From positions 192,001 to 256,000 of the forward strand of contig JBNKHE010000004.1 in assembly GCA_050290185.1 (NCBI GenBank): DNA of 64,000 nt, written 5' to 3'. Origin of the DNA: Pontiella sp. (lineage in GTDB: Bacteria; Verrucomicrobiota; Kiritimatiellia; Kiritimatiellales; Pontiellaceae). Positions 9,375 through 19,782 of this stretch are shown here, piece by piece. The position numbers were made by a program, and so were the translations under genes. How positions within the stretch are numbered: position 1 is the stretch's first letter; each line of letters opens with the position of its first letter. The notes under the pieces were generated by a model. It made no database searches. It was not told the origin of the DNA and saw only the letters and a program-made list of their open reading frames with translations.

Positions 9375-10532
9375 CTAGTTGTTCTCCTTCACGTTTAACG
9401 TATGGTCCTCACATATCATGCGATAACCGGCATGGAACGCTGCACGAAATGCATCGAACGTTCCCTCCTCTATCGACTTCCTCATATCCCTCATAAATTC
9501 AAGGTAGCAATGCAGGTTGTGCATCGTTACCAATCGCAATCCAAGGATCTCGCCCACATTGATCAGGTGGCGCACGTAGGCCCGCGTAAAATTCCGGCAC
9601 GCGTAGCAACTGCATCCTTCCTCCAATGGACGGACATCTTCCTTATATATCGCCGCCTTCACAGGGTAGCGTCCGCGCCGTGTGGACACCGTCCCATTGC
9701 GCGCCTGCCGCGTTGGAATCACACAGTCGAACATATCGACCCCGCGCGCAACCGACTCCACCATCTGGGCCATTTCTCCAACGCCCATCAGGTAGCGCGG
9801 CTTCTCCTCCGGCAGATGGTGAACCGTATCGTCCACGCCCCGCAGAATCAGCTCATCGGGCTCCCCAACACTCACACCGCCAATGGCATAGCCGTCGAAG
9901 TCCATATCGACCAGTGCCTTGGCACACTCCTCGCGCAAATCCGAAAACACACTGCCCTGCGCAATACCAAAGAACAATTGACCTTCCGCACGGGGCGCTT
10001 CCCTGCAAATAGCCGCCCAATCTAGGGTTCGGCGCACGGCTTTGCAAGCGTAATCCTTGTCGCACGGGTACGGAGGGCATTCGTCGAAAACCATGGCAAT
10101 ATCGGACCCCAGCTTTCGCTGGATCTCCATCGATTCCTTCGGGCCAATAAAATGTTTCCGTCCGTCGGAATGCGATTGGAATGATACACCGTCGTCGGTG
10201 ATCTTGTTCATGCTGCCGAGACTGAAGACCTGGTAGCCGCCGCTGTCGGTCAGGATGGCCCGATCCCAGCCCATGAATTGGTGCAGGCCGCCCATGCGCT
10301 CCACCAAATCCGGGCCCGGGCGATCGTTCAGGTGATAGGTGTTGCCCAACAGGATTTCGCAATCCATTTCGTGCATCTCACGCGGCGTCATGCATTTGAC
10401 TGTCGCCTGCGTGCCCACCGGCATGAACACCGGCGTCTCCACCGTGCCATGCGCCGTATGCAACCGCCCCCGCCGAGCCTGACTGGAGGGGTCTGTTCCC
10501 AATAATTCAAATTTACCAATATCTGTTTTCAA
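9375..10532 (-). CDS. tgt: tRNA-guanine transglycosylase
   Basis: TPVFMPVGT, LTDSGGYQVFSL, DMFDCVIPTR, CxCxxC. Confidence 0.97.
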   Translation of the reverse strand: MKTDIGKFELLGTDPSSQARRGRLHTAHGTVETPVFMPVGTQATVKCMTPREMHEMDCEILLGNTYHLNDRPGPDLVERMGGLHQFMGWDRAILTDSGGYQVFSLGSMNKITDDGVSFQSHSDGRKHFIGPKESMEIQRKLGSDIAMVFDECPPYPCDKDYACKAVRRTLDWAAICREAPRAEGQLFFGIAQGSVFSDLREECAKALVDMDFDGYAIGGVSVGEPDELILRGVDDTVHHLPEEKPRYLMGVGEMAQMVESVARGVDMFDCVIPTRQARNGTVSTRRGRYPVKAAIYKEDVRPLEEGCSCYACRNFTRAYVRHLINVGEILGLRLVTMHNLHCYLEFMRDMRKSIEEGTFDAFRAAFHAGYRMICEDHTLNVKENN

Positions 10533-10622
10533 ATCTAATCTTTCATCTTTGTTTCAAAGAGGGGGAGATGGGATGAATGGGTGACGGGGTGCGGCCTCTC
10601 CCCTCGTCCCCGCGCCAGCTGC

Positions 10623-11339
10623 TCAGCTGACGTCCTCATAAAACTTCGCAAACGAGGTCTGCATATAGGGGATCAGCCAAAGATATCCAAGACCGCATGG
10701 AATGGCCGCCAAGATCGACCATCCTATGAATCGCAGGTTCAGGCAGAAAAACTTCCACTTATTTCCCGCCATCATTTCCTTACTGCGACTGATGGCTTCC
10801 AGCGGACCGCAATCTTCGTCATCGGCAATGATGTAATAGGCCATGACATAGCGGTAGGCCGCAATAATACCGGGAACCACCAGCAACAGCGACCACAGGG
10901 CCACAAGCAGCCCGTATAGGAAATAGACCCCCAGCGACTTCCAGAACCGACGAAAACCGATAAACAGCTTTTCCAACCGGGCCTCGCCTTCCTGCGAAAT
11001 TCCCAGATAAAATGCCGCGAAACCCACGGCGAAAGCCCCTGAAACCAGAAACTGGGCGGCTACAATAACGGGATTCAGGAAAACGAGTTTCGCGAGAAAA
11101 TCCGTTTCATTCGTAGAGGTCGTCACGCCCACGAAGAACAAAACAGACATGACAAACACAAAAAAGCTCGTTGCCAGCACGACATACAGAATCCACCCTG
11201 CGATAGCCATGCCCCAGTTGCCAGACAGCACCCTCCGGGCATCGGCCATCAGCTCCCTGTTGGACGAGTCACCAACCGCACCGTCGAGACTCGGCATCGT
11301 CAGTTTGCCCCCGTCCGCCAAATCAGTCAAACCCGCCAT
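10623..11339 (-). CDS. DUF975-like membrane protein
   Basis: LWSLLLVVPGIIAAYRY, AISRSKEMMAGNKWKFF, LWLIPY; start reassigned to ATG 11339. Confidence 0.8.
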   Translation of the reverse strand: MAGLTDLADGGKLTMPSLDGAVGDSSNRELMADARRVLSGNWGMAIAGWILYVVLATSFFVFVMSVLFFVGVTTSTNETDFLAKLVFLNPVIVAAQFLVSGAFAVGFAAFYLGISQEGEARLEKLFIGFRRFWKSLGVYFLYGLLVALWSLLLVVPGIIAAYRYVMAYYIIADDEDCGPLEAISRSKEMMAGNKWKFFCLNLRFIGWSILAAIPCGLGYLWLIPYMQTSFAKFYEDVS

Positions 11340-11758
11340 AAAATCCCTCGTTAAAGAATTAGGGAGGGATATTGCCCAAATCAGTCCATCAAACCAAGCT
11401 GTAATCATGAGAGGGTTATAATTCCTCACAATTAGTTTAATAAGCGGTATAGCGATGGGGTTTTGAGATTCGAGGGCGGTTTTGATGAAGAAGAAGGGCA
11501 CTCGATTGAGTGTTATTTGGCTGGATGGAAATTTGGATTATCCATTTCCCATCACTCCGTGCGAATGGTTTCTACCGTGCCGGTCATATTTTCCAGGCTG
11601 GCGGATGCGAATGCCCGGCCAGCGCCGTTGTATGTTTTGATCTCCCCGAATAAAAAACAGCAAACTATTAATCTTTTTTCCAGACATCATCCAACAATGC
11701 ACCTATAAGAACTCAAGTTTTCCTAATCAATAGCGTTTTTTGAAAAAAGGTCTTCTCC

Positions 11759-14700
11759 ATGAGCAATTTGATTCAAGAACCGTCCCCTGATGGCCACAGT
11801 GTGCATTTTCGCGGCGACTCGGTTACGTTCACCCTCGACAACCATACGGGCCGCACGGGGAAAGCGTGGCTGCGAGCCAACATCGGACATGCAGGCGTGC
11901 GGCATGCAGAGATCATCACCCATGCCGAGCAGGGCCTTCCGCCGCTTGAACGCGACTGGCACGATTTCCCGATGACACCTGAGGGGAAAAGCCGGTTCAC
12001 CCTTTCCCTTCCCCTGCTCGAAGTAGGACGCTTTGCGGCCAAGGCCTACTTCGTTGAAGACGGCACCGACACAATTCTTTGGCCCGAAGGCGGCAACTCC
12101 GTCCTCAAGGTCGAGCCCGCCGAAACCTGTGCCGGCAATACCATGTACACCGCTTTTGTCCGCCAGTTTGGCAGGAACAAATCCGAGGGCGCTGTCGCTC
12201 CACAGGAAGAGGCCGCGGTCCGGCAGCTTGACGAGGCCGGCTATGCCGTCCTTCCCCGCTCCGGAAAGTTCCGCGACCTGATCAAGGAACTCGATTTCAT
12301 CGTCGGTACGCTGCGCTGCAAGATCGTTCAGTTGCTGCCGATCCACCCCACCCCGACCACCTACGCGCGCATGGGCCGGTTTGGAAGCCCGTTTGCCGTC
12401 ATGGATTTGCTCGATGTTGATCCCGCACTTGCCGAATTCGACCAGCACACCACCCCGCTTGACCAGTTTCAGGAACTGGTCGACGAAGTCCATAAGCGCA
12501 ACGCGAGAATCTACCTGGACATGCCGATCAACCACACCGGATGGGCTTCGCACCTGCAGGTCACCCATCCCGAATGGTTCCACCACAATGAGGATGGATC
12601 GTTCATGTCGCCCGGCGCATGGGGCACGGTATGGGAGGATCTTTCCAAACTGGATTATTCCCAAAAAGGCCTTTGGCACTACATGGCCGATGTATTCCTC
12701 TTCTGGTGCCGCAAGGGGATCGATGGTTTCCGCTGCGATGCCGGCTACAAGGTTCCGTTCGAAGCGTGGGAATACATCATTGCCAAGGTGCGCACGGAAT
12801 ATCCCGATACCATTTTCATGCTTGAAGGACTTGGTGGCTACAAGCACGTAACCGAGCATCTTCTGGCCGACTCCGGAATGAACTGGGCCTACTCCGAAAT
12901 CTTCCAGAACTATGATCAGGGACAGATTGAAGGCTACCTGCCTGAATCGATCAGGGTCTCGGAATCCAAGGGCAACCTGATCCACTTCTGTGAAACGCAT
13001 GACAACGCCCGGCTCGCCGCCACCTCCCAGGCCTTCGCCCGGTTGCGCGCCGCCTTCTGCGCCCTGTCAACGCACAACGGTGCATTCGGCTTCGCCAACG
13101 GCGTCGAGTGGTTTGCCGAAGAGCAGATCAACGTCCACAATGCCCACTCCATAAATTGGGGCGCTGAGACCAACATGATCGACTGGCTTCGCCGCCTCCA
13201 TGCCATCATGGAAACGCACCCGTCGTTCCACGCCGGCGCCAAGGTGGAAATCATTACCAACGGAAACCACAACTCGGCAGCCATCCTGCGCACCGACGCC
13301 AGTGGACAGCACCGGCTGCTGGTGCTCGCCAACCTGAACCACGAACAGGGTGGCGTCGTTAACTGGCACGGAGATTTCTCTTCCTATACGACCAATCTTC
13401 TTTCCGCGGATAATGCCGTCCAGCATGAAAACGGAACCTGCCCGCTGAAAGCCGGCGAGGTGATATGCCTGACCAACGACCGTAAATGGGCGGAGCAGGT
13501 CTCGGATGTTTTGAACTCAACGTACCGTGGTACGGCTATAAGCGAAGAACAATGTCTGCGAGCCAAGGCAATGGATATCTTCGCGCACTTTGATGCCCTG
13601 GACCGGTTCGATCTGGACCGGCTGATGGAAAATCCCAAACAGCTGTGCGAAGAGCTGGCGGGTGATGCGCCGGTGGTTACAACATGGCAGTGGCCCCGCG
13701 ACGCACACCGCACGGTCATGCTGCCGCCCGCTCACTTTCTCCTCGTTCAGGCCCATGACGATTTCATTGCCGAACTGAAAGACGCGACCGGAAAAACGCT
13801 GGCTCACGAAAAATCGCTCCTCCGGAAAAACGGCAGTTTCTTTGTGCTCTTCCAGCCCCTTGACACCCCGGACAGCCACCAAAGCCTAACGCTGAAACTG
13901 ACCGTCTATGAGTCGGATGAAATCAAACATAAAGAAGCTCCGGTCATGCAGTTGTGCGGTTCCGCTCATGCCAAAGTGATCACCACCTGCCGCGCGGGCG
14001 AGGTTCATGATCGCAACCGCTATGCCGCATGCACCAACCACCACGGTGCACTGGCCCAGGTGCGCATTGGCTGGGCCGAGCTGCGTAGCAAGTATGACGG
14101 CCTGCTCTCCGCCAATCTGCATCCGGATGTTCCGGTAGACCGCCACACCATGTTTACCCGCTGCCGTGCGTGGATTGTCCGGAAGGGGTATTCCTACGAG
14201 CTTTCACTGCCTTGTCAGAAGCGTTTCACCGTGGCCGACGACGGAACCGTGATCTGGAATTTCGCCGTGCCGGTTGGAGAAGGATTGCTCATCCCCCTGA
14301 AGGTTGCATTTCAGATGCATCCCGATACCAATGCCGTGCGCCTGGTTTTTATCCGGGAAGAAGCAGGCAACGATCCTGAACACCTCCGGAACGATGAGCC
14401 GGTTTCGCTCATCCTCCGCCCCGACATCGAGGACCGGTGCAACCATGAAGTCACCAAGGCGTTCGCCGGGCCGGAAGCCCACTGGCCGCAGGCGGTGAAG
14501 GCAGCCGGCAGCAGCTTCACCTTCGCACCGGCCAGCGACCGGAAACTGAAAATAAGCGTCAAAAACGGAACGTTCCATTCCGAGCCGGAGTGGTATTACA
14601 TGATCGAACATCCGGTCGATCAGGAACGGGGCATCGATGGATCTTCAGACCTCTTCAGCCCGGGCTATTTCAAAGTCGATCTTGCCGGAGACAGCCGCAC

Positions 14701-15964
14701 GGATCTCGTGGCCTCCATCAACGACAAACCCACCTTTGCGAAGCTCTCCCTGAAGACCTGTTCCCCCTCCCTTTCCATTGAAGAAGCCATGCGGATGGCG
14801 ATGAGCCCCTTCATCGTCAAGCGCGATGCATTCCAGACCGTTATCGCAGGCTACCCGTGGTTCCTGGACTGGGGACGCGATACACTGATCTGCCTGCGCG
14901 GCATCATTGCCGGCGGCCTGCTGGACGAAGCGAAGAACATTCTACTCCAGTTCGCCAAGTTCGAAAAGAGCGGAACCATTCCCAACATGATCCGTGGCAA
15001 CGACGACAACAACCGCGAAACATCCGACGCCCCCCTCTGGTTTTTCGTGGCGTGCAACGAACTGATGCGGGCTCAGGGCAATAAAAACCTGCTCAAAGAA
15101 AAATGCGGCGAACGCACGCTCAAACAGGTGCTGGTCTCTTTGGCCAACGGACTGATCAACGGAACCGAAAACGGGATCACCTTCGATCAGGATTCCGGAT
15201 TGATCTTCAGTCCTTCGCATTTTACCTGGATGGATACCAACTATCCAGCCGGAACGCCGCGGCAGGGCTATCCTATCGAAATCCAGGCGTTGTGGCATTA
15301 CGCCCTCAACATGCTGGCCCAAATCGACAAAACCGGCGATTGGAGTACCCTCGCCCAACAGGCTCAACGGTCGATCAGCGAACTGTTTGTCATCCATGCC
15401 GACGACTTTACCTACCTGGCCGACTGTCTTGCGGCAGATGCGGGAACCTGCGCCCGGAATGCCGAGGTTGACGATGCCCTGCGCTCGAACCAGCTGCTTG
15501 CCGTTACGCTGGGCGCGCTGAAGGATCCCGCCCTCTGCAAAAACATCGTCGAAGCCTGCGAACAGCTGCTGATTCCCGGGGGGTTGCGCAGTTTGGCCGA
15601 TCGGCCGGTGAGCCATCCGGCGGCGGTCTATCACGATGGCCAGTTGCTCAACGATCCCAATAATCCCTACTGGGGACACTATAACGGCGACGAAGACACC
15701 CGCCGGAAACCCGCCTACCACAATGGAACGGCGTGGACATGGCCCTTTCCCTCTTATGCCGAAGCGCTTGTGATGGTTTACGGAGAAGCCGCTCACGATT
15801 CCGCGCGGGCGATTCTAGGCAGTTCCTCGGCAGTCATCAACCACGGTTGCCTGCGACAAGTTCCGGAAGTCATCGACGGCAACACGCCGCACATCCAGCG
15901 CGGGTGCGGTGCCCAGGCCTGGGGTGTCACGGAACTTTACCGCGTCATGCACCAGCTAAACTAA
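11759..15964 (+). CDS. Bifunctional glycogen debranching enzyme (GH13 + amylo-alpha-1,6-glucosidase)
   Basis: INHTG, DGFRCDAG, ETHDN; C-terminal AGYPWFLDWGRDT, TWMD, YHNG, QAW. Confidence 0.88.
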   Translation: MSNLIQEPSPDGHSVHFRGDSVTFTLDNHTGRTGKAWLRANIGHAGVRHAEIITHAEQGLPPLERDWHDFPMTPEGKSRFTLSLPLLEVGRFAAKAYFVEDGTDTILWPEGGNSVLKVEPAETCAGNTMYTAFVRQFGRNKSEGAVAPQEEAAVRQLDEAGYAVLPRSGKFRDLIKELDFIVGTLRCKIVQLLPIHPTPTTYARMGRFGSPFAVMDLLDVDPALAEFDQHTTPLDQFQELVDEVHKRNARIYLDMPINHTGWASHLQVTHPEWFHHNEDGSFMSPGAWGTVWEDLSKLDYSQKGLWHYMADVFLFWCRKGIDGFRCDAGYKVPFEAWEYIIAKVRTEYPDTIFMLEGLGGYKHVTEHLLADSGMNWAYSEIFQNYDQGQIEGYLPESIRVSESKGNLIHFCETHDNARLAATSQAFARLRAAFCALSTHNGAFGFANGVEWFAEEQINVHNAHSINWGAETNMIDWLRRLHAIMETHPSFHAGAKVEIITNGNHNSAAILRTDASGQHRLLVLANLNHEQGGVVNWHGDFSSYTTNLLSADNAVQHENGTCPLKAGEVICLTNDRKWAEQVSDVLNSTYRGTAISEEQCLRAKAMDIFAHFDALDRFDLDRLMENPKQLCEELAGDAPVVTTWQWPRDAHRTVMLPPAHFLLVQAHDDFIAELKDATGKTLAHEKSLLRKNGSFFVLFQPLDTPDSHQSLTLKLTVYESDEIKHKEAPVMQLCGSAHAKVITTCRAGEVHDRNRYAACTNHHGALAQVRIGWAELRSKYDGLLSANLHPDVPVDRHTMFTRCRAWIVRKGYSYELSLPCQKRFTVADDGTVIWNFAVPVGEGLLIPLKVAFQMHPDTNAVRLVFIREEAGNDPEHLRNDEPVSLILRPDIEDRCNHEVTKAFAGPEAHWPQAVKAAGSSFTFAPASDRKLKISVKNGTFHSEPEWYYMIEHPVDQERGIDGSSDLFSPGYFKVDLAGDSRTDLVASINDKPTFAKLSLKTCSPSLSIEEAMRMAMSPFIVKRDAFQTVIAGYPWFLDWGRDTLICLRGIIAGGLLDEAKNILLQFAKFEKSGTIPNMIRGNDDNNRETSDAPLWFFVACNELMRAQGNKNLLKEKCGERTLKQVLVSLANGLINGTENGITFDQDSGLIFSPSHFTWMDTNYPAGTPRQGYPIEIQALWHYALNMLAQIDKTGDWSTLAQQAQRSISELFVIHADDFTYLADCLAADAGTCARNAEVDDALRSNQLLAVTLGALKDPALCKNIVEACEQLLIPGGLRSLADRPVSHPAAVYHDGQLLNDPNNPYWGHYNGDEDTRRKPAYHNGTAWTWPFPSYAEALVMVYGEAAHDSARAILGSSSAVINHGCLRQVPEVIDGNTPHIQRGCGAQAWGVTELYRVMHQLN

Positions 15965-16026
15965 GTAAAAGCTTGAAAACCGCTTGGGCGGCTGATTTCA
16001 TGACGGAAGGAAAAAGAGGATATTCT

Positions 16027-17580
16027 ATGGCGACAAAAAGCAAAAAAAAGCAGAAGAAGCCTCGCATCCTAATCGTCACCCCCGAAATCACCTACCTGCC
16101 GACCGGCATGGGCAACATGACCAACAAACTATCCGCCAAAGCCGGAGGGTTGGCGGATGTTTCAGCGTCTTTGGTTTCAGCGCTCTACGAACTGGGAGCG
16201 GATGTACACGTGGCCCTGCCCCACTACCGGAAAATGTTCCATGTCGACATCGGCGGATTCATCGACAACGAACTGCTGATCTACAAAAGCAAGCTGCCCG
16301 GCGACCGCATCCATCTGGCCGAGGACCGCATCTTCTACTATCAGGACCGCGTCTACAGCAACTCGGAAGACACCGACCTGAAGATCGCGCTCGCTTTCCA
16401 GCGCGAGGTGATCAACAACATTATTCCCACGGTCAAACCCGACCTGATCCACTGCAACGACTGGATGACCGGACTGATCCCCGGCGAAGCGCGTATGCTT
16501 GGCATCCCGAGCCTGTTCACCTTCCACAACATCCACACCGTCAAAACCACGCTTGCACATATTGAAGACCGGGGTATCGACGCGGCAGAATTCTGGAGCA
16601 ATCTCTTCTACAGCTGGCCACCGAACAACTATTTCGATGCACGGGAAAACAACCCCGTCGACTTCCTCTGCAGCGGGATTTTCAGCTCGCACTTCATCAA
16701 TACGGTCAGTCCCACCTTTATGAAGGAGATCGTGGATGACGCGCACAACTTTGTGCCCAAAAACATGCAATGGGAAATAGCGAGCAAGTACCATGCGGGC
16801 TGTGCGTCCGGCATACTGAATTCGCCGGATGCCTCCAGCGACCCCGAAACAGATGAATATCTCATTGCGCGCTATGGCGTAGTCGACCACTACGAAGCCA
16901 AGCGCAAGAACAAGGTTTACATGCAGGAACGGCTGGGGCTTGAAATCAACCCCGACGCACCCATGCTCTTCTGGCCCTCCCGTCTCGATCCGGTCCAGAA
17001 GGGGTGCCAACTCGTTGCGGAAATCCTTCACAAGGTGATCGAAAAATACCGCAGCCGGGGATTGCAGGTGGTCTTTGTAGCGAACGGAGCCTATCAGCAG
17101 GTCTTCCATGACATCGCCTACACCTACAACCTGTACGATCGCGTTGCGGTTTGCAACTTCGAGGAAGGGCTCTCGCATATCGGTTTTGCGGCATCGGATT
17201 TCCTGCTTATGCCCTCGCTCTTCGAACCGTGCGGCCTGCCCCAGATGACCAGTGTCATCTACGGATGCCTTCCGATCGTGCGCGACACGGGCGGATTGCA
17301 CGACTCGGTCAGCCACCTGGATGTCCCGAATAATTCGGGCAACGGCTTCCTTTTTGAAACCTACGATGCCGGCGGCCTCGAATGGGCCATCGACCAGGCC
17401 ATGGAATTCTACAACCTTGATGTCCACACCCGTGGAACGCAACTCGGACGCGTGATGGCCGAAAGCAAGGAGCGCTTCAACCACAAGGTGACGGCGCAGG
17501 CCTACATCGATATCTATGAGCAAATGCTGCAACGCCCGCTCGTCGATGAAGTGTTCGATAAATCCACGAAGGAATCCTAA
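16027..17580 (+). CDS. glgA: Glycogen synthase (GT5)
   Basis: KAGGLADV, IHCNDW, FHN, PSLFEPCGL, TGGLHD; start set at MATKSK. Confidence 0.92.
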   Translation: MATKSKKKQKKPRILIVTPEITYLPTGMGNMTNKLSAKAGGLADVSASLVSALYELGADVHVALPHYRKMFHVDIGGFIDNELLIYKSKLPGDRIHLAEDRIFYYQDRVYSNSEDTDLKIALAFQREVINNIIPTVKPDLIHCNDWMTGLIPGEARMLGIPSLFTFHNIHTVKTTLAHIEDRGIDAAEFWSNLFYSWPPNNYFDARENNPVDFLCSGIFSSHFINTVSPTFMKEIVDDAHNFVPKNMQWEIASKYHAGCASGILNSPDASSDPETDEYLIARYGVVDHYEAKRKNKVYMQERLGLEINPDAPMLFWPSRLDPVQKGCQLVAEILHKVIEKYRSRGLQVVFVANGAYQQVFHDIAYTYNLYDRVAVCNFEEGLSHIGFAASDFLLMPSLFEPCGLPQMTSVIYGCLPIVRDTGGLHDSVSHLDVPNNSGNGFLFETYDAGGLEWAIDQAMEFYNLDVHTRGTQLGRVMAESKERFNHKVTAQAYIDIYEQMLQRPLVDEVFDKSTKES

Positions 17581-19589
17581 TGAGAGACCCCAACCTCGCC
17601 AAACTTGCCGATGATCCATGGCTGGATCCCTATCGCGATCAAATCAAACATCGTGCCGACCACATCCGCTACATGGAAGACCGCCTGACGGGCGGGAAAA
17701 TCAGCCTGGATGAGTTTGCCAACGCGCACGAGTATTTCGGAATGCACTTCCGTGACGGGAACTGGATTTTTCGCGAATGGGCGCCAAACGCTACGGCTAT
17801 CTATCTGGTGGGCGATTTTTCAAACTGGGAACAGCTCGATAAATTCGCCCTGCACTACGGAGATGAACCAGGGGTTTGGGAAATCGAACTGCCTGCAAAG
17901 GCCCTGAAACACGGCGACCTTTACAAACTGAAAATGTATTGGCCCGGCGGCGAGGGCGAACGCATCCCCGCCTATACACGGCGCGCGGTACAGGATCCCG
18001 AATCGCATGTGTTCTGCGCACAGATCTGGAATCCGGAAAAGGCATACGAGTGGAAGTTCCCGAATCCGGCACAACCCATCGAGGCACCGCTGGTTTACGA
18101 ATCCCATATCGGCATGGCCCAGGAGGAAGCCAAGGTCGGCTCCTATCTGGAATACAAGGAAACCATTCTGCCGCGCATTGTGGAAATGGGTTACAACACC
18201 GTGCAGTTCATGGGTATCATGGAGCATCCCTACTACGGTTCGTTCGGCTACCATGTATCCAATTTTTTCGCGGCTTCATCGCGTTTCGGCACTCCTGAGG
18301 AGCTGAAGGAACTGATCGATGCCTGCCACGAAGCCGGCCTCGCGGTCATTATGGATCTGATCCACTCACACGCGGTCAAGAACGAGCAGGAAGGCCTCTC
18401 CCGGTTCGATGGCACCATGTACCAGTATTTCCATGACGGCGACCGCGGCGACCACGACGCATGGGATTCCCGTTGCTTTGATTACGGCAAGACGGAAGTC
18501 CTGCACTTCCTGCTCTCCAACGCGCGTTATTGGCTCGATGAATACAAGTTCGACGGCTACCGCTTCGACGGCGTCACCAGCATGCTCTATCACCACCGGG
18601 GGCTGGGAACGGGATTCGGCAGCTATGACAGCTATTTCGACGGATCGGTGGATGTGGATGCCCTCGCCTATCTGGCCCTGTCGAACAAACTGATTCATAC
18701 GGTCCGGCCGGATGCCATTACCATCGCTGAAGATGTTTCCGGCATGCCCGGTCTGAGTTCCGATCAGAAGGAAGGCGGCTGCGGGTTCGACTACCGGCTG
18801 GCCATGGGTGCGCCCGATTGCTGGTTCAAACTATCCAACGATGTTCCGGACGAAGAATGGAACATGCACTGGCTCTACCACGAGCTGACCAGCCACCGTC
18901 CCGACGAACAGGTCATCAGCTATGTTGAATCGCATGACCAGGCGCTGGTGGGCGGAAAAACCTTCATTTTTGAATTAATCGACAAGGAAATGTACTTCAA
19001 CATGCATGTCGAAGCGCAGAACCTGCAGGTAGATCGCGGCATTGCGTTGCACAAAATGGCGCGTCTGGCCACGCTGGGCGCGGCAGCTCACGGATATCTT
19101 AATTTCATGGGAAATGAGTTCGGGCATCCGGAATGGATCGACTTTCCGCGCGAGGGCAACAACTGGTCCTATCATTATGCCCACCGCCAATGGAGCCTGC
19201 GGGACGATCCGGGACTTAAATTCCACTTCCTCGCCGATTTTGACCGGGCCATGGTTAACCTGATCCGTGAAAAGAACGTTATTGGACACATCCCGGTGAC
19301 CTTCCGTCTGATTCACGACGGCGATAAAATGATGGCATTTGAACGCGATGGATTGCTCTTCGCACTCAACTTCAATCCCAGCCAATCGTTTACAGACTAT
19401 GCCATTGACGTTACTCCAGGAACCTACCGCCTTGCCCTGAATACCGACGACCCCGCATTTGGTGGATTTGATCTGGTTGACCCGGATCAGACTTACCAGA
19501 GCTTTGAGTTCAATGACGGAGCCAATACCCGCCATCAAATCATGGTCTACATTCCGGCGCGAACGGGATTTGTGCTCGAACGGGTTTAG
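17580..19589 (+). CDS. glgB: 1,4-alpha-glucan branching enzyme
   Basis: FREWAPNA, YESHIG, FDGYRFDGVTSMLY, AEDVSG, ESHDQ, NFMGNEFGHPEW. Confidence 0.95.
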   Translation: MRDPNLAKLADDPWLDPYRDQIKHRADHIRYMEDRLTGGKISLDEFANAHEYFGMHFRDGNWIFREWAPNATAIYLVGDFSNWEQLDKFALHYGDEPGVWEIELPAKALKHGDLYKLKMYWPGGEGERIPAYTRRAVQDPESHVFCAQIWNPEKAYEWKFPNPAQPIEAPLVYESHIGMAQEEAKVGSYLEYKETILPRIVEMGYNTVQFMGIMEHPYYGSFGYHVSNFFAASSRFGTPEELKELIDACHEAGLAVIMDLIHSHAVKNEQEGLSRFDGTMYQYFHDGDRGDHDAWDSRCFDYGKTEVLHFLLSNARYWLDEYKFDGYRFDGVTSMLYHHRGLGTGFGSYDSYFDGSVDVDALAYLALSNKLIHTVRPDAITIAEDVSGMPGLSSDQKEGGCGFDYRLAMGAPDCWFKLSNDVPDEEWNMHWLYHELTSHRPDEQVISYVESHDQALVGGKTFIFELIDKEMYFNMHVEAQNLQVDRGIALHKMARLATLGAAAHGYLNFMGNEFGHPEWIDFPREGNNWSYHYAHRQWSLRDDPGLKFHFLADFDRAMVNLIREKNVIGHIPVTFRLIHDGDKMMAFERDGLLFALNFNPSQSFTDYAIDVTPGTYRLALNTDDPAFGGFDLVDPDQTYQSFEFNDGANTRHQIMVYIPARTGFVLERV

Positions 19590-19725
19590 ACGGATCGCGG
19601 ACCGGGAAAAACGGAGAGCAAAGGAACTTCTGCAGGGCAGCGTTCCGCAGCGTCGCATTTCATGGAATCATGTGACTTGCGCAACCTTGGATTCATCCGA
19701 TAACGCGATTAAAAACCCCCATAAA

Positions 19726-19741
19726 GGGCACGGTTTATGCT
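19726..19741 (+). promoter_or_regulatory. Candidate sigma54 promoter
   Basis: GGGCACGGTTTATGCT: GG-N10-GC with a GGCACG core, about 40 bp upstream of ATG 19783. Confidence 0.6.
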
Positions 19742-19782
19742 ACCTGAGATTGCAACGATGAAATTGTAATCAAGGATAGGCA

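Noticed and set aside
11723..17619. Long antisense ORFs (11723-13000, 16177-17619 and similar elsewhere)
   Set aside because: They are shadow frames of GC-rich genes with no recognisable motifs.
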